Shown: piece after piece, positions 54,876-63,593 of the stretch
How positions within the stretch are numbered: position 1 is the first letter of the stretch
Layout of the letters: each line of letters starts with the position of its first letter
Virus record (IMG/VR): IMGVR_UViG_2643221492_000001
Location: 7,564 to 71,563 of that record
Length of the DNA: 64,000 nt
Origin: a virus
Strand: one strand, 5' to 3'
Made by a program: the position numbers and the translations under genes
Notes under the pieces: model-generated
The model's database searches: none
Seen by the model: only the letters and a program-made list of their open reading frames with translations
Told to the model about the DNA's origin: nothing

Positions 54876-55913
54876 TCAGGTCAGTTCGGGTGCCGCACGG
54901 GCTGCCGCTGCCGCGAATGCACTGTCGAAGTCGTCGGGCTTGCCCGCTGCCGCGCTCGGTGCCACAGGGGCGCTCCGGCTGGGCTGAGTGCTAAGCGCAC
55001 GCTTCTGTGCGTCGCGTCTGGCTTCATGTCCCGAAGGCGCTGCAGGAGCTGCAGCGGGAGCAGCAGACGGCGCGGGCGCGGCAGCCGGAGACGCCGCAGG
55101 GCTCGATGCGCGGTACTGGTTCAGCACCTCGATCACCTCTGCGGACGTGCCGGATTCCGCGACGCGCGCGAAGTGCTGCTGCGTCCAGGTCGGCTGGCTT
55201 TGCACCCAAGCAATCAGCTCGGGTGACTGGACAACGGCTTCCCAGTCAGGGTGAGCCTTCGCGATTGCCGCGAAGTGGTCTGCGTCCGACTGGGCTTGCT
55301 GCTTGGACTCGATGGGCTCGATGCGAACGTCGAGTTCCTTGATGCGCGCGGCGACGCGATCTTCGAAGGTGCGCTCCAGAGTGGCGCGATCCTTCTTCAT
55401 CATCAGCGTGACCGCCTTGTAGACGGTCGGCGCGCTCTCCTTCAGCTCGGCGAGTAGCTCCTCGGCCTCGGCGTCCTCGGCGCTCGGCGCGACCGGAGCG
55501 GCTGCTGGCGCAGGGGCCGGTGCAGGCGGTTCGGCTTGCTTCGTCTTGAGGGCCTTCAGCTCGTCGGAGGTCGAGCGCAGGAGACCTTGCACAGTCGAGA
55601 GACGCTGACGCAGCTTCACCGGATCGTTTTCCTCGTCTGCTGCCGCTGGCGCAGAGGCCGGTGCGGGAGCAGGCGCGGCGGGCGCTGGAGCCTCGACGGC
55701 AGAAGCCGGAGTGGCAGGCGCGGGAGCGGCGACCGGTGCGGCTGCAGGAGCCGGGGCCGGAGCAGCGCCACCATCAGGGGCGGAATCAGTCGGCGCCGCC
55801 GAACTACCATCGGTAGGATCGTCGGTCGAAGGATCGCCACCCTCGTCGAGCGAAGCGCTCACCTGGGCGTTGCGGTTGCCGAAAGCTGCGTCAAATTCGT
55901 CGTCTTGTTCCAC
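54876..55913 (-). CDS. capsid scaffolding protein
   Basis: Acidic and Pro/Ala-rich; HPDWEAVVQS..WVQSQP; directly upstream of MCP. Confidence 0.75.
   Translation of the reverse strand: MEQDDEFDAAFGNRNAQVSASLDEGGDPSTDDPTDGSSAAPTDSAPDGGAAPAPAPAAAPVAAPAPATPASAVEAPAPAAPAPAPASAPAAADEENDPVKLRQRLSTVQGLLRSTSDELKALKTKQAEPPAPAPAPAAAPVAPSAEDAEAEELLAELKESAPTVYKAVTLMMKKDRATLERTFEDRVAARIKELDVRIEPIESKQQAQSDADHFAAIAKAHPDWEAVVQSPELIAWVQSQPTWTQQHFARVAESGTSAEVIEVLNQYRASSPAASPAAAPAPSAAPAAAPAAPSGHEARRDAQKRALSTQPSRSAPVAPSAAAGKPDDFDSAFAAAAARAAPELT
55802..55817 (-). repeat. 16-bp motif copy (CCTACCGATGGTAGTT)
   Basis: About 96 nt into the scaffold gene, with AT-rich codons CCT ACC GAT GGT AGT. Confidence 0.75.
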
Positions 55914-56002
55914 GTTGTCTTCTCGTTGAGAGATCGTCGCGTCAAGCGCGGCTCGATCCTGTTTGCCTTGCGGCGGGCGGCCGTGGGCTCACGCCTGGCC
56001 TC

Positions 56003-56227
56003 TTAGCCCTCGTCGCGAGGTGCACCTCGCGACACGGGCATGCTCAGGGCCTCGCGTATCAGGCGAAGCTCCTTGAATCTGTGCTGGACCTCGACAGCAT
56101 TGCCGTTGCTCGCCAGCTCTTCAATCAACTCCTTCTCGCGCTCGACCAACAGCGAAATGAACGACTGCAGGCTTTGTGTGTTGGAGGAGCCATGCATCGC
56201 GCGGCGCGCGGTTTCGAAGGGAGTCAC
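56003..56227 (-). CDS. hypothetical protein between the spanin and scaffold genes
   Basis: GAGAGG RBS, GTG start, helical 74 aa. Confidence 0.55.
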   Translation of the reverse strand: MTPFETARRAMHGSSNTQSLQSFISLLVEREKELIEELASNGNAVEVQHRFKELRLIREALSMPVSRGAPRDEG

Positions 56228-56832
56228 CTTGGCGCCTCTCGTCCATTGAGGAGAAGCAGGACTCGCTGCTCCTCGTAGAACCTCTGGATGGCTTCGAGCT
56301 GTAGAGCGTTTGGCTTCAGCACCAGCTCGATGTTCTCTGCGGCCCAGACGGCGACGGCTTTGCATGAGACGCTGCCATCCTCATCCGTCGCTCCACCTCT
56401 TGCAGTGGCATCGGCTTGCGAGGCGGCTTCGCCAGCTCGGGAGGAAGTGGTTGCAGCACCGGCTGCGGGCTCAGGCTTGACGACATTGCGGAGCACCCCG
56501 CCAACACGGCGAGGCAAACGAACATCAGGCAGGTCACGAAGGGCGCCCGATAGCGCGGCAAGCGTTGCATCAGCGTTCTCCCGTTGGGCATCGAGCTGGT
56601 TCTGAAGATTGAGCACCGACCGATTGGCAAGGTCTCTCTGCTGGCGTTCGATCCCAAGCGCCTGCACTGCTTGGTCGGCTCGTGCGTTGGCTTTGGAAAG
56701 GTCGTGACGTGCACCGCGCAGCACAAGCGCCTGGGACAGAACAACGGAGATGAGCACCATGACCACCACAACGCACGTCAGGGCGAGCGTCAGGCTTCCC
56801 TTCTGGTGGTGAGTGATCTTGCTTGCTCTCAT
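56224..56832 (-). CDS. i-spanin (Rz-like)
   Basis: N-terminal TM, coiled coil, SCKAVAVW..N..QL. Confidence 0.75.
   Translation of the reverse strand: MRASKITHHQKGSLTLALTCVVVVMVLISVVLSQALVLRGARHDLSKANARADQAVQALGIERQQRDLANRSVLNLQNQLDAQRENADATLAALSGALRDLPDVRLPRRVGGVLRNVVKPEPAAGAATTSSRAGEAASQADATARGGATDEDGSVSCKAVAVWAAENIELVLKPNALQLEAIQRFYEEQRVLLLLNGREAPR
56316..56570 (-). CDS. o-spanin lipoprotein (Rz1-like), embedded
   Basis: GGGAG RBS, lipobox LAGC, Pro-rich PLPPELAKPP. Confidence 0.7.
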   Translation of the reverse strand: MQRLPRYRAPFVTCLMFVCLAVLAGCSAMSSSLSPQPVLQPLPPELAKPPRKPMPLQEVERRMRMAASHAKPSPSGPQRTSSWC

Positions 56833-56839
56833 CGGTAGT
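56824..56839 (-). repeat. 16-bp motif copy (ACTACCGATGAGAGCA)
   Basis: Contains the Rz ATG. Confidence 0.75.
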
Positions 56840-56896
56840 GTTTTCGAATGCGGTGAGGATAGGGTTGGCCGTTCTTGACGCTGGACGCTTTTCTCG

Positions 56897-57424
56897 CTAC
56901 TGCGCCGCCATGCACTTCGTGTAGCGTTCGAGCTGGCGCGTCCACACGCCATAGCAGCGCTTGTTCGGCTGTCCGTTCACCATGGTCGAGCAGTCGTAGC
57001 CTGCGGCGTAGCGCCAGTTGAGCAACGCCTCGCACGCCCCCGCATAGTCGCCCTTCAAAAGCCATGTGCGCGGAGACAGCGGCTTGATCCAGTTGCCCGA
57101 GCCGTACTGGTACACCCAGTCCATGTAGGTGTCGTATTCGGCTTGGCTCAGGCTCACGCCGTCGAGCGATGCTCGGAAGACGGCTTCCTCCTTGCCAATG
57201 TGCGCCTGAGCCTTGACAAGGGCGCGCACGGGCGTGGTGGTGTCTCCGAGCTTTACCGGCGCGCCGTTCTCGTGGAACGTGCTGCCAAAGCCAACCGTAG
57301 GCCTGTCACCCTTGGTCGGGACCACAGCGGTGCTGGTGTAGCTCTCGCTCCCGACGATGGCGATGAAGCCGGCAGCGCTGAGCGCAAGACTGGCGACGGC
57401 GATGCGTACTCGATTCGCCTGCAT
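56897..57424 (-). CDS. SAR-type endolysin (GH24)
   Basis: Hydrophobic N-terminus (IAVASLALSAAGFIAI), ESY..GDRPTVGFGST, CYGVWTRQLERY..C. Confidence 0.88.
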   Translation of the reverse strand: MQANRVRIAVASLALSAAGFIAIVGSESYTSTAVVPTKGDRPTVGFGSTFHENGAPVKLGDTTTPVRALVKAQAHIGKEEAVFRASLDGVSLSQAEYDTYMDWVYQYGSGNWIKPLSPRTWLLKGDYAGACEALLNWRYAAGYDCSTMVNGQPNKRCYGVWTRQLERYTKCMAAQ

Positions 57425-57425
57425 C

Positions 57426-57773
57426 TCAGTCCTCCTTCACCAGCTCAGCCCACTGGCTGCGCGTCATCAGAGGCTCGCCAGCAACCCAGCCACGGCGTAC
57501 CGCGACCGGCCGCAGCCAAGCTCGCCAGACCTTCTTGAAGAGCCACTCGCTGAAGAGCGCGGAGGTGTAGATCGCCGCCACGAGCGAGGCGATCTTGTCC
57601 CAGGGCAGTCCGACGATGATCCAGTACCAGGTCGGGTCGGAGGTTGGCGCCACGGCTTGGGCGACAGTCGTCGCGACCTGGCCTGCTGCATCGGTGTTGG
57701 CGCCGATTGCGGCGACGATTGCGGTGGTGCCTTTGGCGATGGGGGCCTTGATCTCGGTCATTTGCGGGTTCAT
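57426..57773 (-). CDS. holin (pinholin-like)
   Basis: Hydrophobic segments, IASLVAAIYT, basic C-terminus; upstream of the endolysin. Confidence 0.65.
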   Translation of the reverse strand: MNPQMTEIKAPIAKGTTAIVAAIGANTDAAGQVATTVAQAVAPTSDPTWYWIIVGLPWDKIASLVAAIYTSALFSEWLFKKVWRAWLRPVAVRRGWVAGEPLMTRSQWAELVKED

Positions 57774-59833
57774 ACGAGGGCAGGCTCCTGTTGGGCTGCG
57801 GGTTGCTGCGCGATCTGCGCTGCGGCTCCATTCACGATTTGGCCGGCGCGCTGGGCGGCTTCCGTGAGCTGGAGGATGATCTGATCGACGTTCTGCACCA
57901 GGGTCTCGGGTGGAATGCGCATGGCCTTCGCGATGGTCGCTACCGTTTGCATGGCAGCCGCGCCCATCTGCTTCTCCTGGTTCTCCTGGTCGGCCTCGCC
58001 CTGGGTCTTCAAGAACATGTCGGGGTCGAGGTCGAGATTGCGGGCTCGTTCTTCGAACAGCTCCCGCACCTTCGCCAGATCAGGCGCCATCTTGATGAGG
58101 TCGGCCGTGAAGCCGGCGAGCGCGTTGGAGCGAATCTCCTTCGCCACGAGCGACGAACTGCCGCGCGCTGTAACCTCGTGATCGCCCTTGATAGTCGGGT
58201 CATCGTTGAACTGCATGTTCCAGTCGTAGCAGTCGCCGATGAACGGCTCCGTGATGCCGTCGTCCCAGTTCTTCGCGAGGTCTTTCAGCGAGATGTTTGC
58301 CTGGCCCATGAGCATCGACAAGCCACCGACCGTCTTGCTGACCGCCGCGCCGTCCGTCCCGCCGTATGTGAACCTGGGGACGGTCGTCACCTCGTCGCCT
58401 AGCTCCATGAAGAGCTTCAGGAGTTGGGCGAACTCGGCGGTACGGATGGGGATGTCGATCACCCGGACGGCCGGGTACTGCGCATCTGCGGCCGATCCCG
58501 TGCGATGCCACACGCGGCCAGAGGTGAAGGTGTCGAGGTCTTGCTCCTCCGGCATCAGGCGGGTGTTGACCTCAAGGTTCGGCACGGCCGCCATCGCAGC
58601 GTTGTCCACCATGGCACGAACCGAAGTGTTGGCGCCCCTTTCGGTGTCGCGCATGATGGAGCACATGCCCTCGCCCCAGATGCTCGACTCGTCCTTGTCG
58701 AAGTAGAAGAGCTTGAAGGGACGCGATCCGCTGTCGAAGGGGTTGATGTCGATGCGGATGACGATGTGGCCGACCTGCCAGACCTGAGCCTCGTAATCCA
58801 CGCTCTCGTCTTCGACCGGCAGTCCGGCCGCCTTGAGCGTCGAGGCCTTGATCGTGCCCCACCGCTCCATGATCCGAAAGCGGCCCGTCGGGTTCGGCTT
58901 GTTCACCTGGTCCTTCGACAGCTCTCGCAGGCTCTGCTCCCACAGTTCGAGTTGGTTCACATTGCCGTTCGGAAAGGCGGAGAGCACCTTGTCGATCTGC
59001 TCAGGCATGTAGGCGTCATCGCGCCGCAGTTTGGCGATGTCGCTGGCCGTGGCTGGGCGCGCATCGAATTCGTAGCGGCACTGCTCGCGCTCGGTCGCCA
59101 GGGGGTCAGGGTAGTAATACCAGAGCGGGACGAAGGCGAAGTGAGGCTTGACGACCTTGCGGTCTTCCAGCACCCATTGCCCTTGCATGCGGCGCCAGCG
59201 ACGAGTCATCTGTGGCGACCCGAGCGGCCCCTTCAGGATGCCGGTGCCGTACATGTTGCCGGAGGCAATAACCTTGCGGCAGACCGACTCGTATCCGCCC
59301 TCTTCGAGCTGGTCGTTGACCGTCTTCTCCATACGCGCAGCGCAATCGCGAGCAACCTCTCGGATGGCGCTCTCGATGGCGGTCGGGCTCAGTTGCTGGC
59401 CGGCCTCCTGCGCGCGCTGCCGCAGTTGTGCGATCTCGTCGGCGTACATCTCCTCGTCGAGGGTTGGCATCGGCGTGGCTGTGATCGTCCAGTTCTTGTC
59501 GCCGGCCGGGAAAAGCATGTCGGACAGCCGCGCATTCAGGCTCTTCACCTTGGCGCGCGACAGGCGCAGGTAGAGCATCGAGCGCTTCTTGTCCTTCAGG
59601 CGCTGCAGCGTCGCCGCGTCGTATATGCCCTTGTACTGGCGCAGGTCGTCGAGCCAGCGTTGCTCAGTCTCCAAGCGGAAGGTCCGAGCTTCATCGAACT
59701 CCTTGAGGTGCGCGTTGCCCAGTTCCTCCAGCAGCTTCGCAAAGGCAGCCGGGTCGACCGCCTTCATGCTCTCATCGGTAGGACTGTCGGCCGAGAGTTG
59801 CTCGACCGTTTCGACGTTTTCCATGCCTGCCAT
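57770..59833 (-). CDS. portal protein
   Basis: RWLDDLRQYKG, YGTGILKGP, WGEGM, TVGGLSMLMG; 687 aa directly after TerL. Confidence 0.9.
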   Translation of the reverse strand: MAGMENVETVEQLSADSPTDESMKAVDPAAFAKLLEELGNAHLKEFDEARTFRLETEQRWLDDLRQYKGIYDAATLQRLKDKKRSMLYLRLSRAKVKSLNARLSDMLFPAGDKNWTITATPMPTLDEEMYADEIAQLRQRAQEAGQQLSPTAIESAIREVARDCAARMEKTVNDQLEEGGYESVCRKVIASGNMYGTGILKGPLGSPQMTRRWRRMQGQWVLEDRKVVKPHFAFVPLWYYYPDPLATEREQCRYEFDARPATASDIAKLRRDDAYMPEQIDKVLSAFPNGNVNQLELWEQSLRELSKDQVNKPNPTGRFRIMERWGTIKASTLKAAGLPVEDESVDYEAQVWQVGHIVIRIDINPFDSGSRPFKLFYFDKDESSIWGEGMCSIMRDTERGANTSVRAMVDNAAMAAVPNLEVNTRLMPEEQDLDTFTSGRVWHRTGSAADAQYPAVRVIDIPIRTAEFAQLLKLFMELGDEVTTVPRFTYGGTDGAAVSKTVGGLSMLMGQANISLKDLAKNWDDGITEPFIGDCYDWNMQFNDDPTIKGDHEVTARGSSSLVAKEIRSNALAGFTADLIKMAPDLAKVRELFEERARNLDLDPDMFLKTQGEADQENQEKQMGAAAMQTVATIAKAMRIPPETLVQNVDQIILQLTEAAQRAGQIVNGAAAQIAQQPAAQQEPALV
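59767..59782 (-). repeat. 16-bp motif copy (CCTACCGATGAGAGCA)
   Basis: About 51 nt into the portal gene; 15/16 identical to the copy at 56824. Confidence 0.75.
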
Positions 59834-59834
59834 T

Positions 59835-61376
59835 TCAGTACCCCGTTGCGGTATCGCCGCGGGCCGGAATGTGCGAGCTGGAGCGCGGGCGCTTAGTGGC
59901 CTGGGGGCGGTATGCTTTCATCGCGAGGTACTGTAGGGCGTCGTGCGGGTGCGAGAAGACGTTTTTCTCGGGCGCCTCCAGGAAGCGCACGTCGCTCGTA
60001 TTCGTCTTCAGGCGCCGGTAGTGGTAGCCGCCGTTGAAGCCTTCGCGCAAAGTCGGGCATTCGGGGCTGAGCCGGAAAGCGCTCTCGCCATCGATGTTCC
60101 GGGTGAGGAAGTAGTTGACCGCCTCCTGCCGCGTCGTCGGGTCGTTCGAGAAGGCGCTCTCGTACTGCGGCCAGAACTCCTCCAATATCTCCTGGCAGCT
60201 CGATCCCTCATCCTGCCCCTTCGCGTCTCCAGCAGGGTCGCCCGTGACGATCATTTCCTTGAAGGGATGGTTTGGGAAGTTCTCATTGAGGAACGGAACG
60301 ACCGCGCCTTCAATGAGCTGCCGCAGGCTCATGTCCTCGCTGGTGATCTCGGCAATCGTGCGAAGTTGGCCGCGTGTCGAGAGCTGGCCGATGACGCAGC
60401 ACGGCGTTCGGCCAAAGTCGAAAGAGAGCCGCAGGGGTAGCCCCTTGATTGCGAACAGCTTGGCCTTCGCAAGGTGCAGGCTGTCGCTGTACTGCGGATA
60501 GACGCGCTTGCCGCTAAAGGTCGATCCGTATTCGTTCTTGAGGTGCACGTTGATCCACTCCTCGGTCTTGCCGACCGCTGAAAACTGGTAGTAGCCGGGC
60601 ATCAGGTTGGCGATGTTCTCGGCGTGGGGCGACATCCCGCTGGGCTGCGCAAAGAACTCCATGAGGGGCTGGCCGGGCGAGATCAGCTCCATGCGCTCCA
60701 GTTCCTCGATGATCGGAGCCATGCGCTCCATCACTGCGGCGTGGCCCTTGGCACTGGGCTCGGCCATCTCGTACCACCAATGCCTGTCGCTCGGGCTGTT
60801 CGTGTCCATCACGAGGTAGCGCTCGGTGGGCCAGCTCTTGGCGTCGATCCACTCGGGCTTGTCGCGCTGCGACGGGTATCGACCAATCCGCCCCGTCAAG
60901 CCTTCGATCACGGCGAACGGCAGCTCGCGTGTCTCGTTGGTGAAGGCGGCGGTCAGCTCAAGCGACAGCAGCTTCTTCACGTCTTCAGGGCGGTCCACTG
61001 CGAGGAAGAGCACCTCGGCCTCGATGCGCGTGCCGTCTGGGTGTGGCAGCGTGATCGTGTGTGTGATCGGCGCATCCCAACTCATCGGCCCGAAGATGTC
61101 CTCTGGGAACCAGTCGAGCCAGGTCTTGATGGTCGTCGACTTCAACTCGGGGTAGGTGTTGCGGATGATCGCGAAGCGCGTGCGTCGCACGCCGTTGGCG
61201 TCGGGCTCCTGCTTCATCGCCGTGGCGAAGAGCCGAACGATGCAAGCGGCAGACTTGCCGGAGCCGATGGGGCCACGGATGCCACGAATAAACGCCTTTG
61301 ATTTAAAAAAATCATTGGCGACAGGGCCTGGTGGCCGCCATTTCAAGTTGAACGATTTCCCGGGCTTAGCAATCAA
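59835..61376 (-). CDS. terminase large subunit
   Basis: GIRGPIGSGKS (Walker A), IRNTYPEL, SLELT..NE, DFGRTP, GDPAG, HPHDALQY; TTG start. Confidence 0.93.
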   Translation of the reverse strand: MIAKPGKSFNLKWRPPGPVANDFFKSKAFIRGIRGPIGSGKSAACIVRLFATAMKQEPDANGVRRTRFAIIRNTYPELKSTTIKTWLDWFPEDIFGPMSWDAPITHTITLPHPDGTRIEAEVLFLAVDRPEDVKKLLSLELTAAFTNETRELPFAVIEGLTGRIGRYPSQRDKPEWIDAKSWPTERYLVMDTNSPSDRHWWYEMAEPSAKGHAAVMERMAPIIEELERMELISPGQPLMEFFAQPSGMSPHAENIANLMPGYYQFSAVGKTEEWINVHLKNEYGSTFSGKRVYPQYSDSLHLAKAKLFAIKGLPLRLSFDFGRTPCCVIGQLSTRGQLRTIAEITSEDMSLRQLIEGAVVPFLNENFPNHPFKEMIVTGDPAGDAKGQDEGSSCQEILEEFWPQYESAFSNDPTTRQEAVNYFLTRNIDGESAFRLSPECPTLREGFNGGYHYRRLKTNTSDVRFLEAPEKNVFSHPHDALQYLAMKAYRPQATKRPRSSSHIPARGDTATGY

Positions 61377-61408
61377 AATGGGCTCTTCCCAATCAAATTC
61401 TTTTTGTC

Positions 61409-61651
61409 ATGGCCCAAGACTGGTTTCTCTACGCTGATCCAATCCACTCCACCACCATCAAGGCTGCGATCAGCAACGGCGCCTTGTCCAACGTCCCGAG
61501 CTGCCCTCTTGTGGTCGGCGACACGCTCTCCTTCCCGGGCTCCCGACTCGCATACCGAGTCGTCTCTCGTCACCTCCAGCCCAACAAGGACGGCTCGGCA
61601 ATGGCCTGGGCGTTGAAGATCGAGCCCGTTCCAAACCCGATGACCGACTGA
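61409..61651 (+). CDS. 80-aa hypothetical protein, antisense to the late operon
   Basis: Clean ORF after an AT-rich spacer; LVVGDTLSF..YRVVSRH beta-rich pattern. Confidence 0.55.
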   Translation: MAQDWFLYADPIHSTTIKAAISNGALSNVPSCPLVVGDTLSFPGSRLAYRVVSRHLQPNKDGSAMAWALKIEPVPNPMTD

Positions 61652-61659
61652 GCTGGACA

Positions 61660-61974
61660 TCAGTGGGAGTAGCGAGAACGGTGATCGACGAAGAAGATCT
61701 TCGTTGGCGTCGTGCCGCCCTCGTCTGCGTAGATGCGGTTCAGGAGGTCGGCCGTCTCCCCCGTGACATATAGCTCAGGGGCGCCGGGCGCGTCGTCGCC
61801 GGCCGCGCTGACCAAGCTGTCCAGGATGTCGGCGGCAGCGAGTGCCAGCGCATCAGTGCTGTAGCGGTTGCGGTCGCCCTGGTCGTTGGTCATCTGCAGC
61901 AAGGTCAGCGCAACACGCAGCGACTGTGCGAGGTTCTTTGGGCGGCGTGCCTTCATACTCTGGACCTCAACCAA
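61660..61974 (-). CDS. hypothetical protein
   Basis: Coherent GC-rich frame; ATG 61956 after GAGG is the likely start. Confidence 0.5.
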   Translation of the reverse strand: MVEVQSMKARRPKNLAQSLRVALTLLQMTNDQGDRNRYSTDALALAAADILDSLVSAAGDDAPGAPELYVTGETADLLNRIYADEGGTTPTKIFFVDHRSRYSH

Positions 61975-61988
61975 CCCAAAGGAGAGCC

Positions 61989-62192
61989 ATGTCGAACTTC
62001 AATGCTCCGTCCCATGAGACCACCAACGCCATTCGGGACGCTTCGAACACTGCTGCTAGCCAGGTGAGATCGGCTTACGCCGTTCTGCAGACGGTCAATC
62101 CGGCTGCCAGCATCACGCCGGAAGCAATCGCGACCATGACGCTTGCCATTGCGGTGAACATGCTGACCGAGGTCCAGGCTCGGAAGGAGTAG
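61989..62192 (+). CDS. 67-aa hypothetical protein, antisense to the late operon
   Basis: AAAGGAG RBS; MSNFNAPSHETTNAIRDA... Confidence 0.6.
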   Translation: MSNFNAPSHETTNAIRDASNTAASQVRSAYAVLQTVNPAASITPEAIATMTLAIAVNMLTEVQARKE

Positions 62193-62197
62193 CACAG

Positions 62198-63124
62198 TCA
62201 TCGCGCAGCTTCCGCTGACGCACTCTCGTTGCGCTGCAGGTCGGCCAAACCTCCCTCTGGCGTTGCGGGTGCTGGAAGGAGATAGCGGCGGAAGCGCATC
62301 ACCACCGGGCCGCTCACTGCCGGCAATGACTTGGCTTGACTCATGAGGTACAGCGGGTCGCCCGGCTGTGGCACCGACTGTTCTTCATCTCGCATGGCAA
62401 TCACCTCGGCGGCCAAGATGCGCAACGCCCAGAGGTGGTAGTCGTCGCGCTCGGCCTCCTGCACCACATCCATGCGCGAGAGGCGGATCGCCTCGTCAAC
62501 ATCGGTTGTTTCGGGCAGGCCGGGCTTGAAGCTCAGAAGGGCTTCAGCAGCCTGCGCGCGGCGCTTCCAGTCCTGCAGGTCTTCGCGCGCTCCCGCATAG
62601 GCGTCGGCCATGTAAGGCTTCGTTTCGTCGCGCCCGCGCTGCACCAGCGCTTCGGCGCGAGAAGACACGGCGGGGTCGAGCGCAACATCGATCTCCCAGG
62701 CTAGCAGCTCGGCGAGCGCCTTCTCCGGGTCGGTCTCGTGTTCGCGGCGCAAGATGTGCGCACAGATCATCGCGGCGGTCACGGCCATCTTCCACGGGTT
62801 CTCGTCGGCGTGCCAGTTGATCGACGCCTTGGCGTAGATGCCGGTGCCCTTATCGGGGTCGCCGAAGTGCTCGCGCTCGATGGCCGAGAGCCGCTCCTCT
62901 TCGCGCCACTTCATGTGGTTGCGCAGGTAGAGGAAGGTGAGCGTCGCCGTGAGCGGCAGGAAGCCCCACGAGCCCGAGGCGATGATGAAGGCGAGCCAGC
63001 CGGCCTGCCCTGCCAACGAAATCAGCCATGCAAGCCGGTGCTTGTTGCCCGTCAGCACGGTGGAGACGATGGTGATGGCCGAGAGCAGCCACGGGAGAAA
63101 GGTGGTCAGGTGTGTGGCAGTCAT
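62198..63124 (-). CDS. fusion: N-terminal 3-TM (PnuC-like) membrane domain plus cytoplasmic phage domains
   Basis: WLLSAITIVSTVLTGNKHRLAWLISL..GWLAF..GFLPL..LYLRNHMKW. Confidence 0.6.
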   Translation of the reverse strand: MTATHLTTFLPWLLSAITIVSTVLTGNKHRLAWLISLAGQAGWLAFIIASGSWGFLPLTATLTFLYLRNHMKWREEERLSAIEREHFGDPDKGTGIYAKASINWHADENPWKMAVTAAMICAHILRREHETDPEKALAELLAWEIDVALDPAVSSRAEALVQRGRDETKPYMADAYAGAREDLQDWKRRAQAAEALLSFKPGLPETTDVDEAIRLSRMDVVQEAERDDYHLWALRILAAEVIAMRDEEQSVPQPGDPLYLMSQAKSLPAVSGPVVMRFRRYLLPAPATPEGGLADLQRNESASAEAAR

Positions 63125-63507
63125 TGGTTGTTTGCCTCGTTGATGAATGCGTCGGCCAGCTCGCGCGCGGCGATGGCCCAGACGGAGAAGAAGGCGGCTC
63201 GGTTGTTGTCGTTGAGCAGGTTCACGCTGTCAGGGCTTTGGCCGCCGATCCAGAATCGACTCAATACGTCGTCCAGCGTGATCGGCGTGTTGCGCATCAG
63301 CTCCAGGCGCTGGACGACTTGGGCGCGACGCTGACGCTCGTCCCATTCCTGCTGGGCCTTGCCTGCGGCCTCGACCTCGGCCACGGTGACGCGGCCATGT
63401 GTTGCAGCCGTTGGCATGACGGGGCGCGGTTCCTCGGGCCACTGCAGGCGAGCGGCCATGCTGTCCGCGCGCTCGGCGTAACCGCTGAAAGAGGTGCGCC
63501 CGGTCAT
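63121..63507 (-). CDS. hypothetical phage protein
   Basis: GGGAGG RBS; ATGA overlap with the next gene. Confidence 0.55.
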   Translation of the reverse strand: MTGRTSFSGYAERADSMAARLQWPEEPRPVMPTAATHGRVTVAEVEAAGKAQQEWDERQRRAQVVQRLELMRNTPITLDDVLSRFWIGGQSPDSVNLLNDNNRAAFFSVWAIAARELADAFINEANNQ

Positions 63508-63593
63508 GCCCGCCTCCCGATGGCGCACAGAGCTGTCCGCTCAAGATGCCAGCCTTCCAGAGGGCTCATACTCCCCTCCCCTAGGAGGTGGAA

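Noticed and set aside
54990-55800. Pro/Ala-rich repeats in the scaffold gene
   Set aside because: Low-complexity linkers typical of scaffolding proteins, not a discrete DNA repeat array
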